A stretch of 64,000 nt of DNA from an uncultured virus (IMG/VR IMGVR_UViG_3300035670_000151) (IMGVR_UViG_3300035670_000151:1-64000); one strand, 5' to 3'. Shown: positions 1-9,869, numbered from the stretch's first letter. Notes: generated by a model from the sequence alone, not told the origin. Made by a program: numbers and translations.

Positions 1-84
1 TCCGGTGATAACTGCATCGTCCAGCAGGTCAACCGCAGTGCGAACCGTCCCGGTGAAGCCAATTACGGCGTAGCGGCTTATTAA
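1..84 (+). CDS. 3' end of a CDS entering from the left (…SGDNCIVQQVNRSANRPGEANYGVAAY*)
   Basis: Frame 1 open to TAA at 82-84, directly before the tRNA. Confidence 0.5.
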   Translation, partial: SGDNCIVQQVNRSANRPGEANYGVAAY

Positions 85-89
85 TTAGT

Positions 90-165
90 GGGCGTGTAGC
101 TCAGTGGTAGTAGCTGGTCGCTCATAACGGCTAGGTCGTAGGTTCGATCCCTACCACGCCCACCA
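90..165 (+). tRNA. tRNA-Met or Ile2 (CAT)
   Basis: Cloverleaf GGGCGTG/CACGCCC, loop CTCATAA, TTCGA T-loop, encoded CCA. Confidence 0.92.
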
Positions 166-170
166 ACAAT

Positions 171-199
171 AAGCCCGCCTCAATGGCGGGCTTTTTTAT
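171..199 (+). terminator. intrinsic terminator
   Basis: AAGCCCGCC-TCAAT-GGCGGGCTT followed by T-tract. Confidence 0.85.
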
Positions 200-211
200 T
201 GAGGTTTTACA

Positions 212-529
212 ATGCGTTTGCTAGAATACAAATTAACAGTTCCTGCTAGCGTTACCACGATGGACAGATATTACCATCTTATGTTTCGTGCGGAACTACC
301 ATATGTCGATAGCAGCGGTAATATTACCGACGATCATATGAAATACGTAAACAAGCACAATCTGGCGCTGAGACTAGAGAGACTTAGTAAACAACACCCG
401 GAAGTAATGTGGGAAATAAAGACCGAAAGCCAGCAAGTGTTTATCTCTAGCTGGACGGCAAGAAACGGACGGGTAACTAGAGTGAATGACAGACTTAATA
501 ATGATGGCGGTAGCAAGCTTGCTGCTTAA
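212..529 (+). CDS. hypothetical protein
   Basis: ORF with GAGG RBS; ends in LAA. Confidence 0.75.
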   Translation: MRLLEYKLTVPASVTTMDRYYHLMFRAELPYVDSSGNITDDHMKYVNKHNLALRLERLSKQHPEVMWEIKTESQQVFISSWTARNGRVTRVNDRLNNDGGSKLAA

Positions 530-707
530 TACTTACTTCCTTCTGGAAGTAATCTTGGTAAGACTATTGCCACAAGCTATTTATATTCGTTCATGGGCGC
601 TGTATGACTGGATTTATCGGGCCGCTGTAAAGCTGGCTCCCTTCGATATCCCAGACATTTACGAGGGCGTTCATGATCGACATGGCCTTGGCGGTCGCCA
701 GAGCTAA
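486..707 (+). CDS. small hypothetical membrane protein
   Basis: Fills the gap between neighbouring genes; hydrophobic N-terminus; start uncertain. Confidence 0.5.
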   Translation: MTDLIMMAVASLLLNTYFLLEVILVRLLPQAIYIRSWALYDWIYRAAVKLAPFDIPDIYEGVHDRHGLGGRQS

Positions 708-1041
708 TCCTGTAGAAAACCTGCCTAAAATGGCAGCGGTTATAGCCCGACGCAAAAAGGTAATAAGCGTCGGGCTAAATTCGTTTAAGACCGATCCTTT
801 ACAGTCTCGCTTTTCCCCGCATCCTTTAGCCATCTGCAAACATGCGGAAATAGACGCTATTAAGAATGCTCTTAAAGCGAAGAAAAGACATGAGCTAAGA
901 GGATCGACAATCTTTGTAGCAAGAGTGGCAAGAAACGGGGCACCAGCGCTTGCTAAACCGTGTGATGGTTGTAGAAAGGCTTTAAAGGCATATGGAATTA
1001 GCCAAGCCTTTTGGACTACAGATAAACACGGAATGAATTAA
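673..1041 (+). CDS. cytidine/dCMP deaminase-superfamily zinc protein
   Basis: HAE and PCxxC motifs (KHAEIDA, AKPCDGC). Confidence 0.85.
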   Translation: MIDMALAVARANPVENLPKMAAVIARRKKVISVGLNSFKTDPLQSRFSPHPLAICKHAEIDAIKNALKAKKRHELRGSTIFVARVARNGAPALAKPCDGCRKALKAYGISQAFWTTDKHGMN

Positions 1042-1526
1042 TGACAGTAATTGCTTGGGATAAGACCTTATTAGTAGCCGATGGTCGGTCTACTATCGGT
1101 GATAATTTAGTTTCAGATAAGGAATGGAAACTAAGAGAAGTAAACCACCCAACCCTAGGGAAGTTCATAGGGGCATTTTGCGGGGCAGTAATGGTTATCG
1201 AACCATGGATCGCCCATATCGAGCAGAACGGTTTTGAGCCGTTTGAAACGCCCGACGATAGCAACTATCCGGGTATGTATGACACCACCGCTATTCTGGT
1301 TAACAAAGCTGGCAGGTGCATCGAGCTAGAGACTACCGGCCTGTTTGCGACGGTCACAGAGCCTGCTGCGTGGGGATCGGGCCAGCACATAGCCCAGCAC
1401 TACCTAAACAACGGCGTTGAGGCTGTAGAGGCCGTCCGCGAGGCTTGTAAGAGCCATCTGTCATGCGGGGGCCGGATCATTGCTTGGGATTTCGCTTCAC
1501 AGAAGTTTCGCGTTTACGAAAGGTAA
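1041..1526 (+). CDS. NTN-fold protease (HslV/proteasome beta-like)
   Basis: N-terminal Thr2 (MTVIAWD…VADGR), GSG motif, C-terminal SCGG. Confidence 0.7.
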   Translation: MTVIAWDKTLLVADGRSTIGDNLVSDKEWKLREVNHPTLGKFIGAFCGAVMVIEPWIAHIEQNGFEPFETPDDSNYPGMYDTTAILVNKAGRCIELETTGLFATVTEPAAWGSGQHIAQHYLNNGVEAVEAVREACKSHLSCGGRIIAWDFASQKFRVYER

Positions 1527-1529
1527 TAT

Positions 1530-1946
1530 ATGAAGATTGATCCATCTAAGAAATATGTAACTGTAAGCGGCCATAATGCCCGCATCATCTGCACTACTAA
1601 GAAAGGCGATTATCCAATTGTCGCTCTAGTAGAAAGCGGCAAGAAGTGGGGCAGTGATGAAGCCCATGAAGAGATTGCTTACTCTTACAATAACGAAGGT
1701 CATTATTGCGGTGCTATTACCGCCTACAACGCCACTACCGGCAAGTATGAACATTCGCAGCATCCGCTAGACCTAGTAGAACCACCGGTGATGATGAGCA
1801 AATATACCAACGTTTACACCGATATTACCGGGGCATATTATGACACTCCAGAGGATGCCAAAAGAAACGCCGGTAAAGATAATCACGCTGGCTTAATCAA
1901 GGTAGACTTTGTAAATGGCAAGTTATCTAACGTCACCGTCCTATAA
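1530..1946 (+). CDS. hypothetical phage protein
   Basis: ORF with RBS, in operon. Confidence 0.75.
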   Translation: MKIDPSKKYVTVSGHNARIICTTKKGDYPIVALVESGKKWGSDEAHEEIAYSYNNEGHYCGAITAYNATTGKYEHSQHPLDLVEPPVMMSKYTNVYTDITGAYYDTPEDAKRNAGKDNHAGLIKVDFVNGKLSNVTVL

Positions 1947-2169
1947 ATGGCCGGAAGAATGGGTTGATTGGCTTCCCGAAGACGAGGAAGAAAGTTAATA
2001 TCCGTTAAAAACGCATTTATACAACTATAATAAAAACAGCCCAAACGTCCTTATAAATGTTTACAAATAAACGCTAAATAAGGGTAATTTGGGCTGTTTT
2101 TAAGAAATGGCTCTAAATTTCAGAGTCGCTAAAAACTCTTGTCGAAACTATCAGCCTCACAGGTGTAGA

Positions 2170-2460
2170 ATGAATGATAAAGAACTAATGATGAGTATGC
2201 ACAATGCCATCGAAGAAGCCATGCAAGAGCAACTAGAAGCTCCCGGTTGGGTCTATAGGGACATCACTTGGACCCGTAGCGATCTATGGAACAAGCTACT
2301 AACCGAAATCATCGGCGTGGAGAACATCAGAATGATATCTGGATCGGAAAGAGTTTGGGACAAGGAAGTATATATCCGGGGTTCCATGCTCATTGCACCC
2401 GCAGGAATGGAAAGACTAAGAGTTTACAATGAAGAAAGAACCAAAAAGAAAGACCCGTAA
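2170..2460 (+). CDS. hypothetical protein
   Basis: AGGTG RBS before ATG 2170. Confidence 0.7.
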   Translation: MNDKELMMSMHNAIEEAMQEQLEAPGWVYRDITWTRSDLWNKLLTEIIGVENIRMISGSERVWDKEVYIRGSMLIAPAGMERLRVYNEERTKKKDP

Positions 2461-2534
2461 TCCCTTTGCGGTAGAAGTCCGCTTCAAAAGGAAGCAAGTT
2501 ATCCCTAATAAGAAGAAAGAAGAGAAACCCTCCT

Positions 2535-2993
2535 ATGACGAATGAGATTCTGGCAACTAATGGGACACCGATTCTAATTGATGAAGAGCTATATCCGTTA
2601 TTATCCTATTATTCTTGGTGGATAGATGAGAATGGCTACGCACAGACTACAATATGTGGACGCCGTATCACGATGCAGCGTTTCATTCTGAATTTAGACA
2701 AGGGTGTGGCGGACCATAAGAACGGAAACCGACTAGATAATAGATTATCCAATCTTAGAAACGCAAGTATAGGCCAAAATGCCTACAATACTAGGATAAC
2801 GAGTAGGAACACTAGCGGCTTTAAGGGTGTCCATTTCGATAAGAAGCGCAATAGATGGTGCGCTAAAATCACTTATAACAAGAAAACAAAGCATCTGGGT
2901 TATTATTCGGACCCAAAGGATGCAGCAAAAGCATACAACCTTGCAGCCATAGAGCATCATGGAGAATTCGCGGTATTAAATGTTGTTGAATAG
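2535..2993 (+). CDS. HNH endonuclease with AP2 domain
   Basis: DHKNGNRLDNRLSNLR, then SGFKGV…W.AKI…HLG…AA.AYN.AA…HGEFA.LN. Confidence 0.92.
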   Translation: MTNEILATNGTPILIDEELYPLLSYYSWWIDENGYAQTTICGRRITMQRFILNLDKGVADHKNGNRLDNRLSNLRNASIGQNAYNTRITSRNTSGFKGVHFDKKRNRWCAKITYNKKTKHLGYYSDPKDAAKAYNLAAIEHHGEFAVLNVVE

Positions 2994-3426
2994 TAAATGG
3001 CAGAACTATTTCGCAAATGTGGCCTTGGCGGTCGCCAGAGGCTCCCTAGACCCTTCTACGAAAGTCGGTGCTATCATATACCGCCCAGACAAAAGCATCG
3101 TCTCATGCGGCTTTAACGGGCTTCCTAGGGGCATCCCAGATAACCTAGAGAGAATGATAGCTGATCGCCAGTGGAAATATGACCGTATCGTCCACGCAGA
3201 AGCCAACGCATTAGACCATAAGAGAGAATGCACTTTCGGATATGGAATGGTTGTAACGCATCCACCTTGTTCTAAGTGTGCATTAAAGATCATATCTAAT
3301 GGCATCAAGACGGTCTATACAATCCCGGCATCTGACGATCTTTTGACGCGATGGGCGGATGAGATTGCCCTTTCGGAACAGCTTTTCGCCGAATCTGGGG
3401 TGAAGCTGCTGCGAATCGAAGATTAA
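2980..3426 (+). CDS. dCMP deaminase
   Basis: S.DPSTKVGA, GFNGLPRG, VHAEANA, PCSKC. Confidence 0.92.
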   Translation: MLLNSKWQNYFANVALAVARGSLDPSTKVGAIIYRPDKSIVSCGFNGLPRGIPDNLERMIADRQWKYDRIVHAEANALDHKRECTFGYGMVVTHPPCSKCALKIISNGIKTVYTIPASDDLLTRWADEIALSEQLFAESGVKLLRIED

Positions 3427-3487
3427 CCCTTGATTTCCACGTCCATCTGCATATGATCGCTGATATCCACGATGGGGTTCGGAGTGA

Positions 3488-4066
3488 ATGGCAGGTAAAG
3501 CTATAGATTATGATGGCATGATAGAAGTATATAATGTCATCAACAAAACTAGGGCGCTAACAAAAGAAGAGCTTGATAGAGTAGAACAACTAATAAAGCG
3601 TAAGAATAAGGCAGAGGTTGACCGAGCTTATAGGCAACGCAATAAAGATAAGATCGCAAAATACGCTAAGGATTACTATAAAACCCCTAATGGTAAGAAG
3701 AATAGGGGTAAAGCGAGAATGCGTTATTATCATAAAGACGTAGCAACTTCTCGCGATAAGTCCAAGGAATGGCGCGATGCTAATCCCGACAAAGTTGCAG
3801 CCTACAAAGACACGAAAGGAAAACGAACTATGTGCCTTGAAGCCTACGCTATGGAGCATCTGGAAGCGCAGGAGCGCCTTCACCATGTCAAGTTCATCCA
3901 TGAGAACCCCAACAAGACTTTCATCGAAGCGCGGCAGACATTGTCCGCCGCTACGTTCCAATATCAGCGCGGGGTGAGTATGGTAAACCGTGGCATTATC
4001 GTTCAGGTGGAATGGTATAAGCCTGACGGTAAACTTCATAAGAAGTGGGCCAAGAAGAAGGCTTAA
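3488..4066 (+). CDS. basic hypothetical protein, possibly nucleic-acid binding
   Basis: GGAG RBS; K/R/Y-rich helical repeats. Confidence 0.7.
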   Translation: MAGKAIDYDGMIEVYNVINKTRALTKEELDRVEQLIKRKNKAEVDRAYRQRNKDKIAKYAKDYYKTPNGKKNRGKARMRYYHKDVATSRDKSKEWRDANPDKVAAYKDTKGKRTMCLEAYAMEHLEAQERLHHVKFIHENPNKTFIEARQTLSAATFQYQRGVSMVNRGIIVQVEWYKPDGKLHKKWAKKKA

Positions 4067-4129
4067 CTTCTTAACATAATAAAATCGTTATAAAACAAAC
4101 ACTTAGCGATATAATGTTAAGTTAAATAT

Positions 4130-4588
4130 ATGAAAGGTTTATGGAATATGAATATTTTACCGTTAACTGCTGGATTATTAATCAGCATGGCAAAGCGTTA
4201 TGACCATAGTTTCGGCTTCAACCCCGCATCTATGGTCATTTTTAGTAGCGGCGAAACCTTGATCGACAAACAAATCAGGCTGATTCGCACTGCTGCCACC
4301 TATTACAAAAATCTAGAGAACTCACGGGAAGGCGAAATCTACAAAGACCCCTTCTCAAACCAGCTTCTAGAAGAAATGACCGGTGAGGGTTTCTACAAGC
4401 CAGAGCTAGAAGATGATTATAAGAGCAAGGCCACAAGAGCAGCCCTTAATGAGGCAGAGCAGATCGCCAATGCCGTCGTAACCTTCGATGGTCCGCAGCC
4501 AACTATCACGATGAGTCCTGTAGAAGTAAGACACGGTTGGTCGCCCCCTACATCACCAGACAATAACCAGCACCTGTTCTTTGACTGA
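4130..4588 (+). CDS. hypothetical protein
   Basis: ORF; start may be 4148. Confidence 0.7.
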   Translation: MKGLWNMNILPLTAGLLISMAKRYDHSFGFNPASMVIFSSGETLIDKQIRLIRTAATYYKNLENSREGEIYKDPFSNQLLEEMTGEGFYKPELEDDYKSKATRAALNEAEQIANAVVTFDGPQPTITMSPVEVRHGWSPPTSPDNNQHLFFD

Positions 4589-4633
4589 TAGTCAATGATA
4601 TTCTGGCATTATAGTTAATGGAAAGTTGGCATT

Positions 4634-5026
4634 TTGGTTTCGCACGATCTACATAATTTAGCATTAATTAGGCTAATAGCGGAAGGCAAGTCATGGGTGC
4701 CAACTAACCGTGAACTATATAAGGTGATAGACTTTCTTAGAGGCGATGATTTCATGGCCTTTAAGATATACGAAGATGACGTAAATAAATGGCCCGGTGC
4801 CGAATACACTTTCTATAGAGACAGTAAAAACCGCCACAAGATCGGCAGTGTAGCTTTCTACGACAAAGGCCATGACAGCAGTTATACCCATGCTGACGAG
4901 GTAGAACAATGGAAGATAGAAGAAGCAATAGCCAAGCTGAAAGAACCGTCTACTGCAACATTATCTTCCAAGATCAAGTGGCATGTGGGTTTGGCTGTGA
5001 AATCATCACTCTCCCCTACAGCGTAG
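4634..5026 (+). CDS. hypothetical protein
   Basis: ORF lying between repeat blocks. Confidence 0.55.
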   Translation: MVSHDLHNLALIRLIAEGKSWVPTNRELYKVIDFLRGDDFMAFKIYEDDVNKWPGAEYTFYRDSKNRHKIGSVAFYDKGHDSSYTHADEVEQWKIEEAIAKLKEPSTATLSSKIKWHVGLAVKSSLSPTA

Positions 5027-5394
5027 TAGCAGCGGGTTGTAGCGTTATCCGGCAAGCTCTACCCGAACGGATAGGCTATGTCCTAGCATTCCAGTATCAT
5101 CACTTTAGAACCGGCAAGGTTGTGACTTTGGATCGCTGGAAATTGGGACTTGAGAACCGCTACTTTTGGGAACCGGCTGACTTCCAATTTTGGGAACCGG
5201 CTGGAAATCAATATAGACTTTTCAAGCCGGGTGAACTGACCCTGTTCATGGCGGGGAGGGTCGGCAGATAAGGTTAGTGCCCTATTTAATCCCGTTCCTA
5301 GAAAATAAATAGTTCGCGATATGGCCCTGATTATGTTACCCCGTAAGGGCAGCGAATCGGGGTGATTCGCGTTATTTAATGTGGGGTTAAATAG

Positions 5395-5580
5395 ATGCTG
5401 GTATTTCATGGCGGAATAACTTATCTGCTAATTGGCGGTAAGTTGTGGATTGACTACGCTAGTTATATCCCCTACGAACAATGGCTGAAAGCCGGTAAGC
5501 AATGGCGCAACATCATATGGAAGCATGGTAATTGCCCCATCCAGCTTAACCCATTTTCTAAAGCGGGAATAAGGAAGTAA
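5395..5580 (+). CDS. hypothetical protein
   Basis: Short ORF abutting the next gene. Confidence 0.5.
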   Translation: MLVFHGGITYLLIGGKLWIDYASYIPYEQWLKAGKQWRNIIWKHGNCPIQLNPFSKAGIRK

Positions 5581-5582
5581 AA

Positions 5583-6029
5583 ATGCCCAAGTCTAGCGAA
5601 CAGATCAAAAATCAAATCAGCGTCTTGAAGCTGGAGCTTGCCCGCGCTGAGGCAGAAGAAACCGCAGCGGCGAAAGAAGCTTACGCTACCGTCAAGAAAG
5701 AATGGGAGTGGCGAGTCGAATGGAAGAATGAGGGCACCGTTCGAATTGAGGTGAAACAAACTCAAGCGACCATCGATAAATATAAGGAACTTAAAGAACG
5801 GTTCCCTTATTATCATTTCTCGACTTACAGCGATCAGACTGTTTGGAACGGGATGACGTATCACATTACTAGGGGTGACTATATTGTTTCCACTGGCGGC
5901 GGCGTGGTAGTTCTTAATCTTAAAAACGATTGGGATGGTGGCCCCACTAAGATAACTCAACAACAATTGGAAGCACTTCTAAAGGGCGAAGTGCCGGAAG
6001 AACTTAAGACCCAATATTACCAAATCTAG
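5583..6029 (+). CDS. hypothetical protein
   Basis: AAGGA RBS; coiled-coil N-terminus. Confidence 0.75.
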   Translation: MPKSSEQIKNQISVLKLELARAEAEETAAAKEAYATVKKEWEWRVEWKNEGTVRIEVKQTQATIDKYKELKERFPYYHFSTYSDQTVWNGMTYHITRGDYIVSTGGGVVVLNLKNDWDGGPTKITQQQLEALLKGEVPEELKTQYYQI

Positions 6030-6054
6030 AATTCGATAAGCCATCTAATAAAGG

Positions 6055-6513
6055 GTGGCTTATTATAACTCTAGTGAAGGTTCGCCTGTGACAGAAGAAC
6101 GCAAATATGAGCCGATGTTTATTGTCGGCGAATCCTATCATACGATAGAAGGAAACCTAGTTACTATCATCGCAGAAAACAGGACGCCTTATTATGAGTG
6201 CGTCAAAGGGGATGATGGTATCTGGCGCTATGACAGGCCGGAAGGGGAATATGACGTAGGCCGGGTTACTGGCACTCATTCCATGCCGCCTGATCCTAGG
6301 AACTTCATTAAAGGATGCAAGCGCCTAAAGCATCCGGCATATATTAATAACATATTTAGGGGCTTTGACAGGAACAACCCGCACAACATTCTATCACTAG
6401 AAGCGGTAGAAAGAGCTTGTAAGGAGCTTGACAGGTTGCAGGAAAAGCTTAGAAGGATCAGCGAAGCCCACGCAAAGGGCGATCGAATCGGGCTAATTCT
6501 AAAGGAAGGCTAA
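6055..6513 (+). CDS. hypothetical protein
   Basis: ORF in operon. Confidence 0.7.
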   Translation: MAYYNSSEGSPVTEERKYEPMFIVGESYHTIEGNLVTIIAENRTPYYECVKGDDGIWRYDRPEGEYDVGRVTGTHSMPPDPRNFIKGCKRLKHPAYINNIFRGFDRNNPHNILSLEAVERACKELDRLQEKLRRISEAHAKGDRIGLILKEG

Positions 6514-6514
6514 T

Positions 6515-6703
6515 ATGTTCCACGTAGTAGACAGCGAAGTAACCGACATTAGCGGCTACGCAGCTTATCCGGTGACGACGGAAGAGGCTAACAACAAGCC
6601 TTACTGTCTGGCTTTGGAACTGGAAGGGGAACGCCCTTTCATTGTCCAGCGCTTCGCTTCCTATGTGGAAGCCCGATTCATCATGCGTAAGAGGAACGGT
6701 TAA
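6515..6703 (+). CDS. hypothetical protein
   Basis: RBS and tight packing. Confidence 0.65.
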   Translation: MFHVVDSEVTDISGYAAYPVTTEEANNKPYCLALELEGERPFIVQRFASYVEARFIMRKRNG

Positions 6704-6704
6704 C

Positions 6705-7067
6705 ATGGACGATATTAGCAACCTTACCAGCGCTATCGCAAAGACATTGCTTGAACAGGCAAATAAGGTCTTTGATAATGTCCGCCCATCGACTCGCTTT
6801 TGTGTTTTCGAGGGCGACAAGCTGGTTGGATGCTGTGGCATCTATGCTTTGGGAGTCGCTAAGGACTATTACCAGAAGGGAATGGTCGTTAATGATTACG
6901 TCATTAGCGAAGCTAATAACAAGGCATATAATGCCATGGCAGAAGCTTCCGCCATTGCTTTGGGTTCTGACAGCCGCAACGCTTCGGTAGTGGATTTCTT
7001 TAATACCCTTCCAAAAAGGGAAGCAATCGAAAGCATGTTCCTTACCGCTAAGACACTTGTGGTATGA
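6705..7067 (+). CDS. hypothetical protein
   Basis: GAGG RBS before ATG 6705. Confidence 0.7.
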   Translation: MDDISNLTSAIAKTLLEQANKVFDNVRPSTRFCVFEGDKLVGCCGIYALGVAKDYYQKGMVVNDYVISEANNKAYNAMAEASAIALGSDSRNASVVDFFNTLPKREAIESMFLTAKTLVV

Positions 7068-7223
7068 AACAGTATTTCGAGATAATAGGTCTTATCCTAT
7101 TGCTTAAGGTTATCGGTTACAATGCCGACGACATTGTTAGCATTGTATTTGTTGCCTGTATTGGTTGGATAATATTCGACCACGTATTTGACAACATAAT
7201 CAAAAAGAAGAAGGGTTAAAGTC

Positions 7224-7412
7224 ATGGCTAATGCAGGTCCAGCGTTGCGCATCGACAACAGCAAGAGGGTTCGGGCTAACATGTTCCCACCCATCCCGGA
7301 AAAGCCCATTTTCCATCAAAGCCGGAACAATGCCTTGATCCAGAAGGTTCTAGACTTTAGGCTCAATCACCCTGAGCTTATCGACCAGATCAAGGAACGC
7401 TACCGGAAATAA
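7224..7412 (+). CDS. hypothetical protein
   Basis: RBS and packing. Confidence 0.6.
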   Translation: MANAGPALRIDNSKRVRANMFPPIPEKPIFHQSRNNALIQKVLDFRLNHPELIDQIKERYRK

Positions 7413-7413
7413 G

Positions 7414-7731
7414 ATGGCCCGTAGTATCATCCCCAATAATGTCAGATCAGACAAGAGCCTAGAGCGCATAGCTGCTAGGCTTGAGTCGCGTTATGATGCT
7501 GACACAAAGCACCTAAGAGATTACCGCGAAGATATCCAGTCAATAGAATTGCTTCTAAAAGAGGGTAAGATTGATAGGGATCATGCGGATATCTGGCGTA
7601 GGAAAGCCCATAACAGATATGAAGCCATCGAACAGAAAATCCTAGATAAGAAACTAAAAGATGAAGGGGTAACGCAAGCAATCAATTACCCGTTCTTTTA
7701 TAGTTTCTTTAAGAAGCTCTTTAGGGAGTAG
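7414..7731 (+). CDS. hypothetical protein
   Basis: RBS and packing. Confidence 0.7.
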   Translation: MARSIIPNNVRSDKSLERIAARLESRYDADTKHLRDYREDIQSIELLLKEGKIDRDHADIWRRKAHNRYEAIEQKILDKKLKDEGVTQAINYPFFYSFFKKLFRE

Positions 7732-7736
7732 CAGCT

Positions 7737-7943
7737 ATGGTAGACGGTATTTTGACGGAAGAACAGCGGAAGGTGAGGGATAAAGCCCTAGTAAATAACC
7801 TTCGCTTTAAGTTCCCGCAACTGAGCAACTATGCGGATGAGGATATCGTCAAAGCTTATGACGATTGGTTCCTAACGGCGGAGAATGTAGGGAACGATTA
7901 CGAAGAAGAGTTTTTGGAATTCCTCCAGCCGGAAGATAAATAA
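7737..7943 (+). CDS. hypothetical acidic protein
   Basis: GGAG RBS. Confidence 0.7.
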   Translation: MVDGILTEEQRKVRDKALVNNLRFKFPQLSNYADEDIVKAYDDWFLTAENVGNDYEEEFLEFLQPEDK

Positions 7944-7970
7944 TGCTGGTTCTAATAGCAAGAGAACGTT

Positions 7971-8237
7971 GTGAGTGAGGTAGACATGAAGGAAAAGACC
8001 CTCTTTGTTAGCTGCGTAGGTCTATCGGCTGTCTTTGGCTCGCTGGTCGGCTCTGTCATCCCCTCCGAAAGGGAAATCACCGTCAACCGGATCATCGAAC
8101 ACAAAATCATCGAAGCCAGAAAACCCGGCTATGATGATTATATGAAAGCGTTCCAGATATGCAGGGAAGAAATCTGGAACATCGAAGCATGTAAGTCCGT
8201 AGCAAAAGAAGCCGTAGCAGCAGGGCAAAACAAATGA
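7971..8237 (+). CDS. hypothetical membrane-anchored protein
   Basis: GAGG RBS favours start 7986; hydrophobic N-terminus. Confidence 0.65.
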   Translation: MSEVDMKEKTLFVSCVGLSAVFGSLVGSVIPSEREITVNRIIEHKIIEARKPGYDDYMKAFQICREEIWNIEACKSVAKEAVAAGQNK

Positions 8238-8455
8238 CAATAAGAAAGCAAATGTATCGCAAGGATATCTATGCGCTTGCTAACCCTGCTAACCGCCCCC
8301 ATGAAAGGCTAGGGCAGGCAATCGTCAATCGCTATCCTGACTATTTCAAAAGCCCCAGCGAACTCTTCCACATGAAAGACGAAGAAGCAAGGGAATATAT
8401 AAAACAGTTCTTTACGGATAACCAAATCCCCTATGAACAAATAGGACAAGATTAA
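8234..8455 (+). CDS. hypothetical protein
   Basis: ATGA overlap with upstream gene. Confidence 0.65.
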   Translation: MTIRKQMYRKDIYALANPANRPHERLGQAIVNRYPDYFKSPSELFHMKDEEAREYIKQFFTDNQIPYEQIGQD

Positions 8456-8807
8456 ATGACAATGCCAATAATCCCAAAACATATGAACAACGAAGAAAGC
8501 AAACTTATTGCCGGAGTCGTTGTTACACATAGGGATAACGAAATCGCCCAAGCAAAACATAATGCAGCACGAACAAGACTGCATAGGTATAAGATTAAGA
8601 AACTCATTGAGGAAGGGCCTTTCTAATGAACGAACATAAATTCACGGTAACGATGAAAGCCGAAACAAGGGAAGAAGCAAGAAAGGAACTAATAGAAGCA
8701 ATAGACAGATATATAGACGGTCAACCTAATAAGGTCCGGTTTGTATCCGTCGATATAGTGAAGGAAGTAAGGAGCCGATAGGATAAAGCTTTACATACGT
8801 GAAGAGC

Positions 8808-8964
8808 ATAAGGAAGGGTTGTATATAGGGGAGAGAAAGGGAAAGGGAGAAGGTAGGGGAAGAGGGGAGGGTTTTGGTAGTTGAGGGTAGTTGATTTGGT
8901 TTGGTTGTATATAGGGAAAGGGATAGATAGGGAGAGTTGAGTTTGTTTTTTGAGTTGGTTGGAT
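8808..8964. repeat. C-free, G-rich low-complexity tract with a direct repeat GGTTGTATATAGGG
   Basis: No cytosine on the + strand over ~157 nt; many GGG runs. Confidence 0.85.
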
Positions 8965-9055
8965 CGGCAGGATTTTATAAGTTAAGATTAAAAAATTTAA
9001 AGCTCACTTAGGTTAGATTAGCGACACACACAATCCAACACCAAAAAGAAAAAAC

Positions 9056-9084
9056 TTGCACTAACCCCAATAACCCCCTAAACC
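9056..9084 (+). promoter_or_regulatory. sigma70-type early promoter
   Basis: TTGCAC-N17-TAAACC with A-tract upstream; CGAATCA at 9099. Confidence 0.7.
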
Positions 9085-9119
9085 AGTCTCAACAGCAACG
9101 AATCACCTAGGAAGCAAAC

Positions 9120-9818
9120 ATGACCAACCGGGACGACATCATCCGCAAGCTGAACGCAATTAAAGCGAAGGCTAATAACGCTGGAACTCCCGAAGAGGCA
9201 ATGGCGTTTGCTAATGCTTTCGAAAAGATGATGGCAAAGTATCGCCTCACTGAGACTGACCTAGAAGTTAAGTCCAGTAAGGTTGAAAGCTTTACTAAGA
9301 AGCCCCGCAAAGAGACGGATAAGATGGAGCTTATCTGTAAGGCCATTGCTAAGCTTACCGATACATATGCGGTTAAAAGCGAAGACAATAAAAACATCAT
9401 CTTTTACGGTCTTCCCGTAGACCTTCAATATGCCAACTGGCTTTATGACCTCATTTCAGATAGCCTTATCACCGGCTATCATAAGCTTCCCATGACTGTT
9501 GCTTATCACCGGCTCATTAACAATGGGGTTAAGGGTGATGAAATCAAGCATAACTTTAAATTGGGGTTCCTTGTGGCGGTTCATGAATCCCTAGTTAAAA
9601 TGATTGCAGAAAAGGAAGTAGCTGGTAACGCTCTTATTGTGCTGAAACAAGATATCATTCTTAGGGAAATGCCCAAAGCCAAAGGGCAAAAGACCAGCAA
9701 GAAAGATATTGCCCTTTACACCGGAAGCCAAGAAATAGCTGGACATGGCTATGAAGAAGGTTCTAAGGTGAAGCTCAGCAAGGGGGTTGAGTCGGAAGTG
9801 AAAGGATATCTGGAATGA
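9120..9818 (+). CDS. DUF2786-domain protein
   Basis: II.KL.A..AKA….T.EEA.AF……MMAKY.L N-terminal motif; F..GF C-terminal motif. Confidence 0.8.
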   Translation: MTNRDDIIRKLNAIKAKANNAGTPEEAMAFANAFEKMMAKYRLTETDLEVKSSKVESFTKKPRKETDKMELICKAIAKLTDTYAVKSEDNKNIIFYGLPVDLQYANWLYDLISDSLITGYHKLPMTVAYHRLINNGVKGDEIKHNFKLGFLVAVHESLVKMIAEKEVAGNALIVLKQDIILREMPKAKGQKTSKKDIALYTGSQEIAGHGYEEGSKVKLSKGVESEVKGYLE

Positions 9819-9869
9819 AGCGCAAGCTAAAGCGGATCATCAAGAAGCTTAAGGAATGGTTATTAGGTT

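Noticed and set aside
1..84. …EANYGVAAY* resembling a tmRNA tag
   Set aside because: No tRNA-like domain or pseudoknots are visible, and it ends in Y; best read as a truncated CDS.
5164..5211. CRISPR-like repeats
   Set aside because: Only two 16-nt units with an 8-nt spacer, and no cas genes.
8980..9000. CtrA boxes (TTAA-N7-TTAA) and DnaA boxes near 10094
   Set aside because: Half-site spacing is wrong and the DnaA matches are imperfect single sites.
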